Assembly (NCBI GenBank): GCA_964530795.1
Contig: CAZHBX010000002.1
Location: 28,719 to 92,718 of the forward strand
Reading direction: 5' to 3'
Origin: an uncultured Ruminococcus sp.
GTDB taxonomy: Bacteria; Bacillota; Clostridia; Oscillospirales; CAG-382
DNA length: 64,000 nt
Below the pieces are notes generated by a model, which saw nothing but the letters and a program-made list of their open reading frames with translations, had not been told where the DNA came from and did not search any database. Made by a program: the position numbers and the translations under genes. Each line of letters begins with the position of its first letter. Position 1 is the stretch's first letter. Positions 24,689-33,285 of the stretch are shown here, piece by piece.

Positions 24689-26281
24689 TCAGTTCTCCGC
24701 CTGTTTGAAGGCGTTAATGGTTTCCTCTAGCGCGGCCTGCGCGGCGGATTCCTTTTCTTGGTACGCGGAGGAGAACTGCCCTTTGTTGGCATCCTCCGCC
24801 ATGCTATGCAGGAGCGTGTCAAGTTCGCCCCACCGGAACACCAGACCGATGTCAGTGCTGCGTCCCGGAAGAATGTAGTTGTCGATCATGTCCTTCATGT
24901 CGGCGTCGCGGCTCTTCATGGTCTCAAGGCACTGGTCAAGGAAGACCGGTGCGAGCAGGTTCGCGCTCGCCGCACCCATGACGTTGAGTACATCGGCCAC
25001 CATTTCCCGCTGGTCTTCCGGCACCCATCTCGGGACCGCAAAGCAGGTTGCGGACCACGGGTTGACCAAGCTGTTGTAGCCTTCCTGCTCCTCGTCGCCC
25101 TTCGGGATCGGAACGAGACCGTAGTCGTCCTCCATGTTGCCCAGCACAAGCGGGATCGTCATGTCGCCGTTGAAGAACAGCGCGTTGCCGGCGATAAAGT
25201 TGTTCTGCGTCAGGATGGACGGCCACTCCACACCGCCCTGACCGAAATAGTCATTTGCGCTGATGTAGTGCGTCGAATCTAGGACTAGGTTCTGGATCTT
25301 TTCCATGACGGTCGCGTTGCGTTCGTTGTACATCGTCAGTTCCGGGTAGCCGTCCGATGAGTTCTGCGCAGAGGCGATGCGGGCGCCGGCACCGTAGAAC
25401 AGACTCCACATATCGTCGAGCTGCCCCTCCCAGCCGACGCGGTCCTCGTAGTTAATCACACCGTCGTTGTTAAGGTCTTCGCTGAACTCCTGCGTCATCT
25501 GGTACGCAAGGTCGATGGTCCAGGTTCCGTCGCGGACAAAGTCATAGGGGGTTCCGCCGTACTTTTCCGTCAGGCCGTACCGCTCGTACAGACTCTTGTT
25601 CCAAGTCAGCGCGGCGGTAGCCGATTTGTTGACGATGCCGATATCGCCGATGGTAAAGAACAGCTTATTGTCGATGGTCATTTCTTTGTTGAACGCTTCG
25701 TCCCACCACGGGGCATTGATCTGCAGACCGGGGATGGAGTTGAGGTCGAGAAAAATGTTCTCCTGCGCGAGAAGGGCGCTGTCGTACAGGCAAGGAACCA
25801 CGATCTGATAGTCGGCCTCGAACACCATGCTGTCCTGCCGAATTCGGGTGGACATCGCGCCGCCCGGACGGGAGTCGCTGTCCACATAGATTTCTTCGAT
25901 TTCCACGCCGATCTGCTCTTCGACGAAATCGGTACGGTCGCCGATGGCATCGTTGAGTGTCGAAAGCATACGGTCTTCTTCGTTGACCTGATACTGGGGA
26001 AGGTCATAGTCGTTTTTAACAATTTCGGATTGGTAGGTTTTGTTCACGGTACACACAAGGAAGGTGAACGTGGCGCCGCCGTAATTTTTGCCGGACGTTT
26101 CGGCGACGTAGTTTCCGTTTTCGTCCTGGTATTCACTGCGGGAAACCGTCGAGCTTGACGTTTCGCTGGACGCGCCGGAGGAGTTTTCCGATTCGTCTTT
26201 GCCACATGCGGCGAATACACCGAAGCAAAGCAGAAGGATCAGCGTCAAACAGCATGCGCGTAACATATTGCGGGTTTTCAT
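24689..26281 (-). CDS. large extracellular solute-binding lipoprotein (ABC transporter family-1 SBP, LplA-like)
   Basis: 530 aa. The lipoprotein signal is ...LLLCFGVFAACGKDES, followed by a Ser-rich linker and an SBP-like core. No permease or ATPase genes are adjacent. Confidence 0.7.
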   Translation of the reverse strand: MKTRNMLRACCLTLILLLCFGVFAACGKDESENSSGASSETSSSTVSRSEYQDENGNYVAETSGKNYGGATFTFLVCTVNKTYQSEIVKNDYDLPQYQVNEEDRMLSTLNDAIGDRTDFVEEQIGVEIEEIYVDSDSRPGGAMSTRIRQDSMVFEADYQIVVPCLYDSALLAQENIFLDLNSIPGLQINAPWWDEAFNKEMTIDNKLFFTIGDIGIVNKSATAALTWNKSLYERYGLTEKYGGTPYDFVRDGTWTIDLAYQMTQEFSEDLNNDGVINYEDRVGWEGQLDDMWSLFYGAGARIASAQNSSDGYPELTMYNERNATVMEKIQNLVLDSTHYISANDYFGQGGVEWPSILTQNNFIAGNALFFNGDMTIPLVLGNMEDDYGLVPIPKGDEEQEGYNSLVNPWSATCFAVPRWVPEDQREMVADVLNVMGAASANLLAPVFLDQCLETMKSRDADMKDMIDNYILPGRSTDIGLVFRWGELDTLLHSMAEDANKGQFSSAYQEKESAAQAALEETINAFKQAEN

Positions 26282-26431
26282 AGGGAGCCTCCTTTAAGCT
26301 TGTTAGGATTCACCAGCGTCGATGCGGAAACGTTCCGTACCGTACAATAGAAAGTATAGCACAAATTTCCTGTAATTGCAAGAAGTTTTTTCGTATTTTG
26401 AAAAAAATTTTGAAAAAATCCACAAAAAAGG

Positions 26432-26460
26432 TTGCGAAAGTGCTGGGAATATGTTATGAT
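26432..26460 (+). promoter_or_regulatory. extended -10 promoter of nrdR
   Basis: TTGCGA, 17 nt, TGtTATGAT. Confidence 0.5.
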
Positions 26461-26516
26461 AAGATATGGGGTTGTCCCATAGAGGCTTTTTAAAAACATA
26501 GGAAAGGAATGCGCTC

Positions 26517-26978
26517 ATGCAATGTCCGGTTTGCGGCCACCTGGAAAGCAGAGTGGTCGACTCCCGCCCCGCCTCCGACGGCAGCTCGATCCGCCGCCGC
26601 CGCGAGTGTCTCGCCTGCGGAAAACGGTTCACAACCTACGAGACCATCGAATCGCTCCCAATCATCGTCATCAAGAAGGACCGCACGCGGGAGGCCTTCG
26701 ACAGAAGCAAAATCCTGCGCAGCATCATTCGCGCCTGCGACAAGCGGCATGTGACGATGGAGCAGATGGAAAGCGTTGTCTCCGAGATCGAGGGTTCCCT
26801 GCAAAACTCCCTGCAGCGGGAGATCACCTCCTCCGCCATCGGTGAGATGGTCATGCAGCGATTGCGGACGCTCGACGAGGTCGCTTACGTCCGGTTCGCC
26901 TCAGTTTACAGACAGTTCAAGGATATCGGGGCGTTCATGGACGAGCTGACTCGGCTGCTCAACGAGAAGAAACACTAA
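26517..26978 (+). CDS. nrdR: transcriptional repressor NrdR
   Basis: 153 aa. It has the zinc ribbon [17 protein letters not shown]...[12 protein letters not shown] followed by an ATP-cone. Confidence 0.95.
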   Translation: MQCPVCGHLESRVVDSRPASDGSSIRRRRECLACGKRFTTYETIESLPIIVIKKDRTREAFDRSKILRSIIRACDKRHVTMEQMESVVSEIEGSLQNSLQREITSSAIGEMVMQRLRTLDEVAYVRFASVYRQFKDIGAFMDELTRLLNEKKH

Positions 26979-27034
26979 AAAATCGCGTACTTTGCCGAAG
27001 TTTGGCGGAGTACGCGATTTCTCATGTTCGTTCT

Positions 27035-27877
27035 TTACAGCCTATCCGCCGGACTGGTCCGCCGGTGCAGCACGAACGCGAGCCCTGTCAATGCGGCAAG
27101 GGAGAGAAAAACCCATCCGAGCAGCGACGTACGGTTCCCCGCGAAGGGCTCCTCCCCGCTGACGGCGACCGCGCAGACCGGGGTGACGAAAGATTCCCCA
27201 TCCTTCCACGCGCTGATGACGCACCGGCCTGCCCCGTCAAACTCCAGCGTAACCTTGCCGTTTTCGTCGGTCAAGAAAGCGGTTTCTTTGCCGTCGATGC
27301 GGATAACCGCGCCCGGCACCGGGACGTTCGCGGGGTTTCCGTCCTCGTCTGTCCCGTCGGCAAGCAGGGTCAGCGTAAGCGTCTCTTCGCCGGCGACCGA
27401 GGCGGAAGTCTTGTCAAAATGGCAGTAAAGCGGAGTCTCCACCGCCGAATCCGCGAGAGGATATACATAAAGGAAGTCTCCGTCTTTCACCGGGTCGAGC
27501 AGGTCGGCGGGCAGGTGGTTAAGCCGGCAAACGCAGCCTTTCGTTTCCTCTCCCCACAGCGTGCATACGCGAAGGGTCTCCCCGGACTCCCCGGCAGGAT
27601 CAGTCTGCTCCGTTTGATAGCCGACGTCTTCACCCTGCCAGAGCGTCTCATGGACGCAGGTCAGCACGTCGTGTACGGTCAGCACGCCGTCTCCGTCCTT
27701 ATCCTCGGGCCAAACCGTTTCGCACGCGAGCACGAGCGAATTGTCCTTTCCGGCGAGCGTGATCGTCAGGGTCAAAGGCGCTTCTTCCGGTTCCGACTGT
27801 GCAAAGGCAACTGTGCCGCCGCACGCAAACAAAAGCGTGATTACCGCCGCAAAAGCGGCAAACCGAACGCCGTGCAA
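27035..27877 (-). CDS. secreted, C-terminally membrane-anchored protein of unknown function (possible DUF4430-like repeats)
   Basis: 280 aa. The N-terminal signal has a lipobox-like LLFACGG. The body is acidic, and a C-terminal TM (LLGWVFLSLAALTGLAFVL) is followed by HRR. The antisense 299-aa ORF is Arg-rich junk. Confidence 0.55.
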   Translation of the reverse strand: MHGVRFAAFAAVITLLFACGGTVAFAQSEPEEAPLTLTITLAGKDNSLVLACETVWPEDKDGDGVLTVHDVLTCVHETLWQGEDVGYQTEQTDPAGESGETLRVCTLWGEETKGCVCRLNHLPADLLDPVKDGDFLYVYPLADSAVETPLYCHFDKTSASVAGEETLTLTLLADGTDEDGNPANVPVPGAVIRIDGKETAFLTDENGKVTLEFDGAGRCVISAWKDGESFVTPVCAVAVSGEEPFAGNRTSLLGWVFLSLAALTGLAFVLHRRTSPADRL

Positions 27878-27996
27878 CCGTCCCGCCTCCTTCCCGTCTA
27901 AAATCCCTTAAAATCAACATAAGTATACCAGAGCTTTTTGCGTTTGTCAAGTCCCATTTTTGCTCAAAAACGAGAAAAATCCCCCATTTGCGAAAA

Positions 27997-28003
27997 TTCG
28001 ACA
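27997..28003. promoter_or_regulatory. 0A box (TTCGACA = reverse of TGTCGAA)
   Basis: Exact match to the Spo0A-box consensus TGNCGAA, upstream of spo0A. A near-match TTCGCGA sits at 28027-28033. Confidence 0.45.
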
Positions 28004-28070
28004 CCGAATCGCCAAAAAGGGGGAAATTCGCGAAAAAACCTGTCCGGAACTGCCGCTTTTTTCGTCTTTC

Positions 28071-28077
28071 TGTCGAA
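28071..28077. promoter_or_regulatory. 0A box TGTCGAA
   Basis: Exact consensus heptamer, about 50 nt upstream of the candidate spo0A -35. Confidence 0.45.
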
Positions 28078-28127
28078 AATTAGTACACAAAAGTTTACAT
28101 AAAGTGGATATTTTTTCCAATAAAACC

Positions 28128-28156
28128 TTGCTTTTTGAAGCAAAGCGTGTTAAAAT
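28128..28156 (+). promoter_or_regulatory. sigma-A type promoter of spo0A
   Basis: TTGCTT, 17 nt, TAAAAT. Confidence 0.45.
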
Positions 28157-28225
28157 AGAGTTGCCGTGAAGGAAAGCAGCGAAAAAGCATGGGCAAAAAG
28201 AAAAGATAAGGGAGTTAGTCACAGT

Positions 28226-29014
28226 ATGGAAAAAGCCAGAGTCCTCATCGCGGAGAGCAACGATGAGCTTCGCAGCCAGTGCGCGATGAACCTGCGAAGA
28301 ATGGGACACAACGTCATCGGCGAGGCCAGCGACGGGCAGGAGGCGTTGCAAAAAATCGCCCGCCTGCGTCCGAACATTGTTGTGGCGAACGTAGCGCTCA
28401 GCAAAATTGACGGAAACCGTCTAATTCGGGAGACCCGCAAGCAGTTTACCGATTTCCATCCTTCGTTCATTATGGTGTCGACCTTCGACTGTCCGGAGGC
28501 GTTTGAGGAGTGCACGGAAGCGGGGGCCTCCCACTGCATGCTCGCGCCGCTCGACTACGATACGCTCAACGCACGCATCCAGCGTCTTCTCAGCAAGGAT
28601 CAGAAGGACCGGAAACGGGGCGGGGACAGCGGTGACCTCGAGACGCAGGTCACCAAGATTATCCACCAGATTGGCGTTCCGGCGCACATTAAGGGGTACC
28701 AGTACCTCCGTACGGCTATCATCATGGTCGTGGAAAACAACGAGATCATCAATTCCGTCACGAAGATCCTCTATCCCTCGGTTGCGAAGATGTACGGAAC
28801 GACTTCCTCCCGCGTGGAGCGCGCTATCCGTCACGCCATTGAGGTCGCGTGGGACCGGGGAGACCTCGACGTGCTGAACTCCTTCTTCGGGTACACGGTG
28901 CAGAACTCTCGTGGAAAGCCCACCAACAGCGAATTTATCGCCATGATCGCGGACAATCTGCGGCTGAAGAATCGGCAGACGACCGGAAGCGGCGCGATGA
29001 TGTCCCCGGTCTGA
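28226..29014 (+). CDS. spo0A: sporulation master regulator Spo0A homolog with a degenerate receiver domain
   Basis: 262 aa from ATG 28226. The C-terminal Spo0A DNA-binding domain is [53 protein letters not shown]. The N-terminal REC fold has E-S, N and A at the positions of the acidic pair, the phospho-Asp and the conserved Lys. Confidence 0.9.
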   Translation: MEKARVLIAESNDELRSQCAMNLRRMGHNVIGEASDGQEALQKIARLRPNIVVANVALSKIDGNRLIRETRKQFTDFHPSFIMVSTFDCPEAFEECTEAGASHCMLAPLDYDTLNARIQRLLSKDQKDRKRGGDSGDLETQVTKIIHQIGVPAHIKGYQYLRTAIIMVVENNEIINSVTKILYPSVAKMYGTTSSRVERAIRHAIEVAWDRGDLDVLNSFFGYTVQNSRGKPTNSEFIAMIADNLRLKNRQTTGSGAMMSPV

Positions 29015-29344
29015 ACCGACGGAGAAATTCAAGCGAAGGCGAATGCGAAATGGAAACGAATACGACCGGGGCGTTCCCATGCGGAATGTCCCGGCTTTCG
29101 TTTTCGCAGATCGGGTCATCCGACGGTGACGAGAATGTCCTCGCTCGTGCATTGCGGCATGTTCCGTCACGCTCCTGTTCCTCCCTGACGATATATCGGT
29201 AGATAGACTTCGTTTCCTGACAGTCCCGCTTAAATGCTTCGACGCGCTCACCCCCCGCGGGGTGATGCGGTGGTACTTGCGGAGCCGTCCGCAATGCTCG
29301 GCGCCCCGGGTCGTATTGTCTGTCAAGGGAAAGAAGGAAAATTA

Positions 29345-29383
29345 GGAAAAAATGCGAAAATCCCCGTTCCTGCGAGCGGGGAT
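29345..29383 (-). terminator. intrinsic terminator ending the FASII/ACC/acyl-CoA synthetase operon
   Basis: On the minus strand: ATCCCCGC-loop-GCGGGGAT followed by TTTTCGCATTTTTT. Confidence 0.7.
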
Positions 29384-29411
29384 CCCTTTCGGTTTGGGTT
29401 TGGCAGCGATA

Positions 29412-31100
29412 TCAACCGGAAACAGGGTCGGTCTTCACCGCCTTGCAGGCGTCGCGCTCGCGGATTTCCACACGGCGAATTTTGCCGCTGAACGTGGACG
29501 GGATCTGCTCAACGAAGTCCACCACGCGGGGAACCTTGTAGTCGGCAGTCTTCTGCCGGACGAAATTCCGCAGTTCTCGCGACATCGCAAGTCCCGGCTT
29601 GTAGCCGTCGCGCAGTACCACGGTCGCCTTGACAACGAAACCTCGCTGTTCGTCCGGCAGACCCGTGACCGCGCACTCCATGACGGCTGGGTGCTGAATC
29701 AGCACGCTTTCTACCTCAAACGGGCTGACGCGGTAGCCGCTGCACTTGATCATGTCATCCACGCGGCCGACAAACCAGAAGTAGCCGTCCTCGTCGCGGA
29801 ACGCGATGTCCCCGGTGCGGTAGAGATCACCCTCCCAGACGTTGTCGCCGAGGTCGAAACCGGGTGCGGAACGCATGCACAGCCCCGCGTTGCACCGTCC
29901 GGCGGGTGGGAGGACAATCTCCCCTTGTTCGCCCGGCGGGCATTCCTTGCCGTCCTCGTCGACGACGATCGGATGGTACAGCGGTGAGCCTTTGCCCATT
30001 GAGCCGGGACGGATCGGCTCCCCCCGGAACTCTCCGGTCAGCAGGACGGATTCCGTTTGCCCGTAGCCGGAATGGATGTCAAGTCCGGTCAAACGGCGGA
30101 ACTGCTCGACGATCTCCGCCGGAATCGCTTCCCCGGCGGTTGCGGCATATTCCACGTCGGCAAAGCCGTGTTCGAGCAAGTGATTCTTGACGAAGAAGCG
30201 GTAGATGGTCGGTGGGGCGCAGAAAGTCGTGACGTGCTGGTTCTTGAGCACTTCGAGCATCCGCACGGCGGAAAACACGTCAAAATCATACGCCATGACG
30301 GCGCTGCCGCACAGCCATTGCCCGTAAATCTTCCCCCACGACGCTTTCGCCCAGCCGGTGTCCGCGACCGAAAGGTGCAGACCGCCATCCCGCACGTTCT
30401 GCCAGAGCAACGCGGTCGAGATATGCGCGAGCGGGTACATCCCGTCCTGCACGACAATTTTCGGGTTTCCGGTCGTCCCGGACGTGAAGTAGAGCAGCAG
30501 TGGATCTTCCTTGCGGGTCTCCACGCGGAGAAACTCCGCCGGACAGGTCTCGACCGCCCCGTCGAGCCGGGTAAATCCGGGCTGATCTGCCCCGACACTG
30601 TACAGCAGGTGTACACACGGGCTGTCCGCCGCCGCGGCGGAGACTTTTTTGCACAGCGACTCCTCCCCGAGGCAGACGACGGCGGAAACCGAGGCGTCCC
30701 GCATGTGGGAAACGAGGTCGTCATGGTTGAGCATACACGCCGTCGGCATCGCTACGGCGCCGAGCTTGTGCAGGGCGACGAGCAGGTACCAGTAGACGTA
30801 GTGCCGCTTGAGCAGCAGCATGACCCGGTCGCCCTTGCGGATGCCGTTCTCGGTTAGGAAGTTTGCTGCCTGATTGGACAGGCGGGCCATGTCGGCGAAG
30901 GTCAGCGTCCGCTCGTGGCAGGCGGTCTTAGCGTACAGCTCGCAGCTTTCGTCCTGTACCCAGACCAGCGCACGCTGTTCGGGATGTTCCGCCGCCATGC
31001 GGTCAACCACGTCATAGGCAAAATTGAACGTTTCGGGGATGCGGAGCGAGAAATCCCCGTTCCCCGAAACGGTGCAGAACTCTGGATAAAGTGCACTCAT
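29412..31100 (-). CDS. AMP-forming acyl-CoA synthetase (medium-chain, ACSM/MacS-like)
   Basis: 562 aa. It has FNFAYDVVD near the N-terminus, the AMP-binding motif YFTSGTTGNPK, and YRTGD / GR.DD..K. Its ATG overlaps the accA stop (ATGA). Confidence 0.85.
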   Translation of the reverse strand: MSALYPEFCTVSGNGDFSLRIPETFNFAYDVVDRMAAEHPEQRALVWVQDESCELYAKTACHERTLTFADMARLSNQAANFLTENGIRKGDRVMLLLKRHYVYWYLLVALHKLGAVAMPTACMLNHDDLVSHMRDASVSAVVCLGEESLCKKVSAAAADSPCVHLLYSVGADQPGFTRLDGAVETCPAEFLRVETRKEDPLLLYFTSGTTGNPKIVVQDGMYPLAHISTALLWQNVRDGGLHLSVADTGWAKASWGKIYGQWLCGSAVMAYDFDVFSAVRMLEVLKNQHVTTFCAPPTIYRFFVKNHLLEHGFADVEYAATAGEAIPAEIVEQFRRLTGLDIHSGYGQTESVLLTGEFRGEPIRPGSMGKGSPLYHPIVVDEDGKECPPGEQGEIVLPPAGRCNAGLCMRSAPGFDLGDNVWEGDLYRTGDIAFRDEDGYFWFVGRVDDMIKCSGYRVSPFEVESVLIQHPAVMECAVTGLPDEQRGFVVKATVVLRDGYKPGLAMSRELRNFVRQKTADYKVPRVVDFVEQIPSTFSGKIRRVEIRERDACKAVKTDPVSG

Positions 31101-31900
31101 CCGTTTTTGCTCCCATTCTCCTCATAGACGCCGATACGGCGGAAGCGTTCATAGCGCTTCTCCAGAAGCCGCTCGTCGGAAAGCCCGCGCAGTTCACTCA
31201 GGTCGCCCAGCAGCAGTTCCTTTATTCCCGCGCACATCCGGTCGAAATGGGGGAAATCCTCCGGGATAACGCTTTCCGCCACGCCGAAGGAAACCATGTC
31301 CTCCGCCGTGATGCGCAGGCAGTCTGCCGCGTCCTGTACGCGGCCCGCGTCCTTCCACAGGATACTCGCGCAGCCGTCCGGCGAAATGACTGAATAGACG
31401 GCGTTTTCGAGCATATATACCCGATCCGCGACCGCCAGCGCCAGCGCGCCGCCGCTGCCGCCTTCCCCGATGACGACCGACAGGATCGGGGTCTTCAGCC
31501 CCATCATTTCGAAAAGGTTCTCGGCGATCGCCTGCCCCTGTCCGCGTTCCTCGCCGTCTGCCCCGGGATGTGCGCCGAGCGTATCCACAAGGCAGATCAC
31601 TGGGCGGCGGAATTTTTCCGCTTGCTTCATCAGTCGCAGCGCCTTGCGGTAGCCCTCCGGCATCGGGCAGCCGAAATGCTTTTTCATACGTTCCGCGAGG
31701 TCTCGCCCCTTGTCCATGGCGAGATAGGTGACCGGAACGTCTCCCAAATAGCCGATGCCCCCGAGGATAGCGGGGTCATCCGCGAACCTGCGGTCGCCGC
31801 AGAGTTCGACACGCTCGGTGAACAGCGCTTCGACGAAGTCACGCCCTTTCAGACGACCGGAAGCGCGCACCGCTTTCAATTTCTCATAAGCAGTCATCAA
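31097..31900 (-). CDS. accA: acetyl-CoA carboxylase carboxyltransferase alpha subunit
   Basis: 267 aa. GRLKGRDFVEALF..., PEGYRKALRLMKQAEKFRRPVICLVDT.GA and IGEGGSGGALA are canonical AccA motifs. Confidence 0.9.
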   Translation of the reverse strand: MMTAYEKLKAVRASGRLKGRDFVEALFTERVELCGDRRFADDPAILGGIGYLGDVPVTYLAMDKGRDLAERMKKHFGCPMPEGYRKALRLMKQAEKFRRPVICLVDTLGAHPGADGEERGQGQAIAENLFEMMGLKTPILSVVIGEGGSGGALALAVADRVYMLENAVYSVISPDGCASILWKDAGRVQDAADCLRITAEDMVSFGVAESVIPEDFPHFDRMCAGIKELLLGDLSELRGLSDERLLEKRYERFRRIGVYEENGSKNG

Positions 31901-31942
31901 TACCCTTCCTTTCTATTCCATCAGCGAAGACGAGCCGGGCCG

Positions 31943-32857
31943 TCAGCCGTCCGGAACGACCTCCTTCTGGTGCTGCCGGAGCAGCAGGGCAATGGTATCC
32001 CGCTGGGATTCCCGCGGGAGAATTTGGTCGACAAAACCGTGGTCAAGCAGGAATTCCGAGGTCTGAAAGCCTTCCGGGAGCTCCGCGCCGGTGGTCTGCT
32101 CGATCACACGGCGGCCGGCAAAGCCGATAAGCGTTTTCGGTTCGGCGAGCGTGATGTCGCCTTCCATGGCGACGGAGGCGGTCATGCCGCCGGTCGTCGG
32201 GTCGGTCAGCAGGGTGATGTAGAGCAGTCCCGCATCGCTGTGACGGCGGACCGCACCGCTGCATTTCGCCATTTGCATGAGCGAAACGATGCCCTCCTGC
32301 ATCCGTGCGCCGCCTGAACAGAGCACACCCAGCACGGGAAGCTGGTTCTCCGTCGCGTATTCGAACAGCCGGGTGATCTTTTCACCGACGGCGGAGCCCA
32401 TGCTTGCCATGACGAAGCGGGAATCCATCGCGAATACCGCGCAGGGGATTCCATGCATCCGCATTACGCCGGAAACCGCCGCACACTGTTCGCCGGTGGT
32501 CTGTTTTGCCTTTTCAAGCTTGTTTTGATACTCCGGAAAGTGCAGGAAGTCCGTGGAGGTCAGCGTTTCGTCCATCTCCGCGAAACTGTCCTCGTCCGCG
32601 AGCAGCAGGATGCGGTCCCGGGCGGGAATGCGGACGTAAGCGCCGCAGTCCGGGCAGACGTACCGGCGGCCGAACAATTCGGACCGCTTATGTGTCGCCT
32701 TGCACGCGGAGCAGCACACCTCGAAATCCGCGCCGGAACCGGCGGAACCGTTGTCCGCCGCCTGCGCGAACGGGACGGGACGGGTATGTATTTGCAGCAT
32801 GCCAAATACCAATCCTTTCTTGCAAAACTGATCGGGGAGGGGGGAAAAGAGGGTCAT
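31943..32857 (-). CDS. accD: acetyl-CoA carboxylase carboxyltransferase beta subunit
   Basis: 304 aa. It has the zinc ribbon CSACKATHKRSELFGRRYVCPDCGAY and a CT-beta core (FVMASMGSAVGEKI). Its ATG overlaps the fabZ stop. An alternative start at MLQIHT (32800) is possible. Confidence 0.9.
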   Translation of the reverse strand: MTLFSPLPDQFCKKGLVFGMLQIHTRPVPFAQAADNGSAGSGADFEVCCSACKATHKRSELFGRRYVCPDCGAYVRIPARDRILLLADEDSFAEMDETLTSTDFLHFPEYQNKLEKAKQTTGEQCAAVSGVMRMHGIPCAVFAMDSRFVMASMGSAVGEKITRLFEYATENQLPVLGVLCSGGARMQEGIVSLMQMAKCSGAVRRHSDAGLLYITLLTDPTTGGMTASVAMEGDITLAEPKTLIGFAGRRVIEQTTGAELPEGFQTSEFLLDHGFVDQILPRESQRDTIALLLRQHQKEVVPDG

Positions 32858-33285
32858 GCCTTTTCCCGCTTCGCAGGGAACACGGCGAAAGAGAAAGAGG
32901 CGCTGACGCTGAGCTCTCCGTTCACTTTCCCGGTCCCTTTCGCCCAGTAGAAGGGCGGTCTTTGCTTTTCAATCACGCACTCGGTCGTCAGCACGTCCCA
33001 TGGGCGCACCGCGCGCTTGAAGCGCACGCCGTCGAGGCCGGTCAGCACCGTGCGAACCGGTCCGCTGATGCTGTCCCCCAGCAGGACGCACGCCGATTGC
33101 GCCAGAATTTCGCACAGAATCACCCCCGGGACGATCGGGTCGCCCGGAAAATGCCCTTGCAGGAAGAATTCCTCCGGCCGGATCTGTTTTTTGCCCAGCG
33201 CCTTGCCGTCGCGGACCTCCGCTTCGTCCAGAAGCAGCATCCCGTCCCGATGAGGGAGTAGGGTCATCAGTTCCTCCCGGTTCAT
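32854..33285 (-). CDS. fabZ: 3-hydroxyacyl-ACP dehydratase FabZ
   Basis: 143 aa. LLPHRDGMLLLD...FFLQGHFPGDPIVPGV is the hotdog-fold FabZ signature. Confidence 0.9.
   Translation of the reverse strand: MNREELMTLLPHRDGMLLLDEAEVRDGKALGKKQIRPEEFFLQGHFPGDPIVPGVILCEILAQSACVLLGDSISGPVRTVLTGLDGVRFKRAVRPWDVLTTECVIEKQRPPFYWAKGTGKVNGELSVSASFSFAVFPAKREKA

Noticed and set aside
29100-29330. Minus-strand peptide fragments in two frames (..GRLRKYHRITPRG.. and ..ERVEAFKRDCQETKSIYRYIVREE..). They are reminiscent of the C-terminal HTH of serine recombinases/resolvases (GRPRK...T.YRYL), which hints at a mobile-element scar next to spo0A.
   Set aside because: The matches are very short, need a frameshift and an internal deletion to fit, and there are no catalytic domain remnants or inverted repeats. 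This cannot be supported without a database search.
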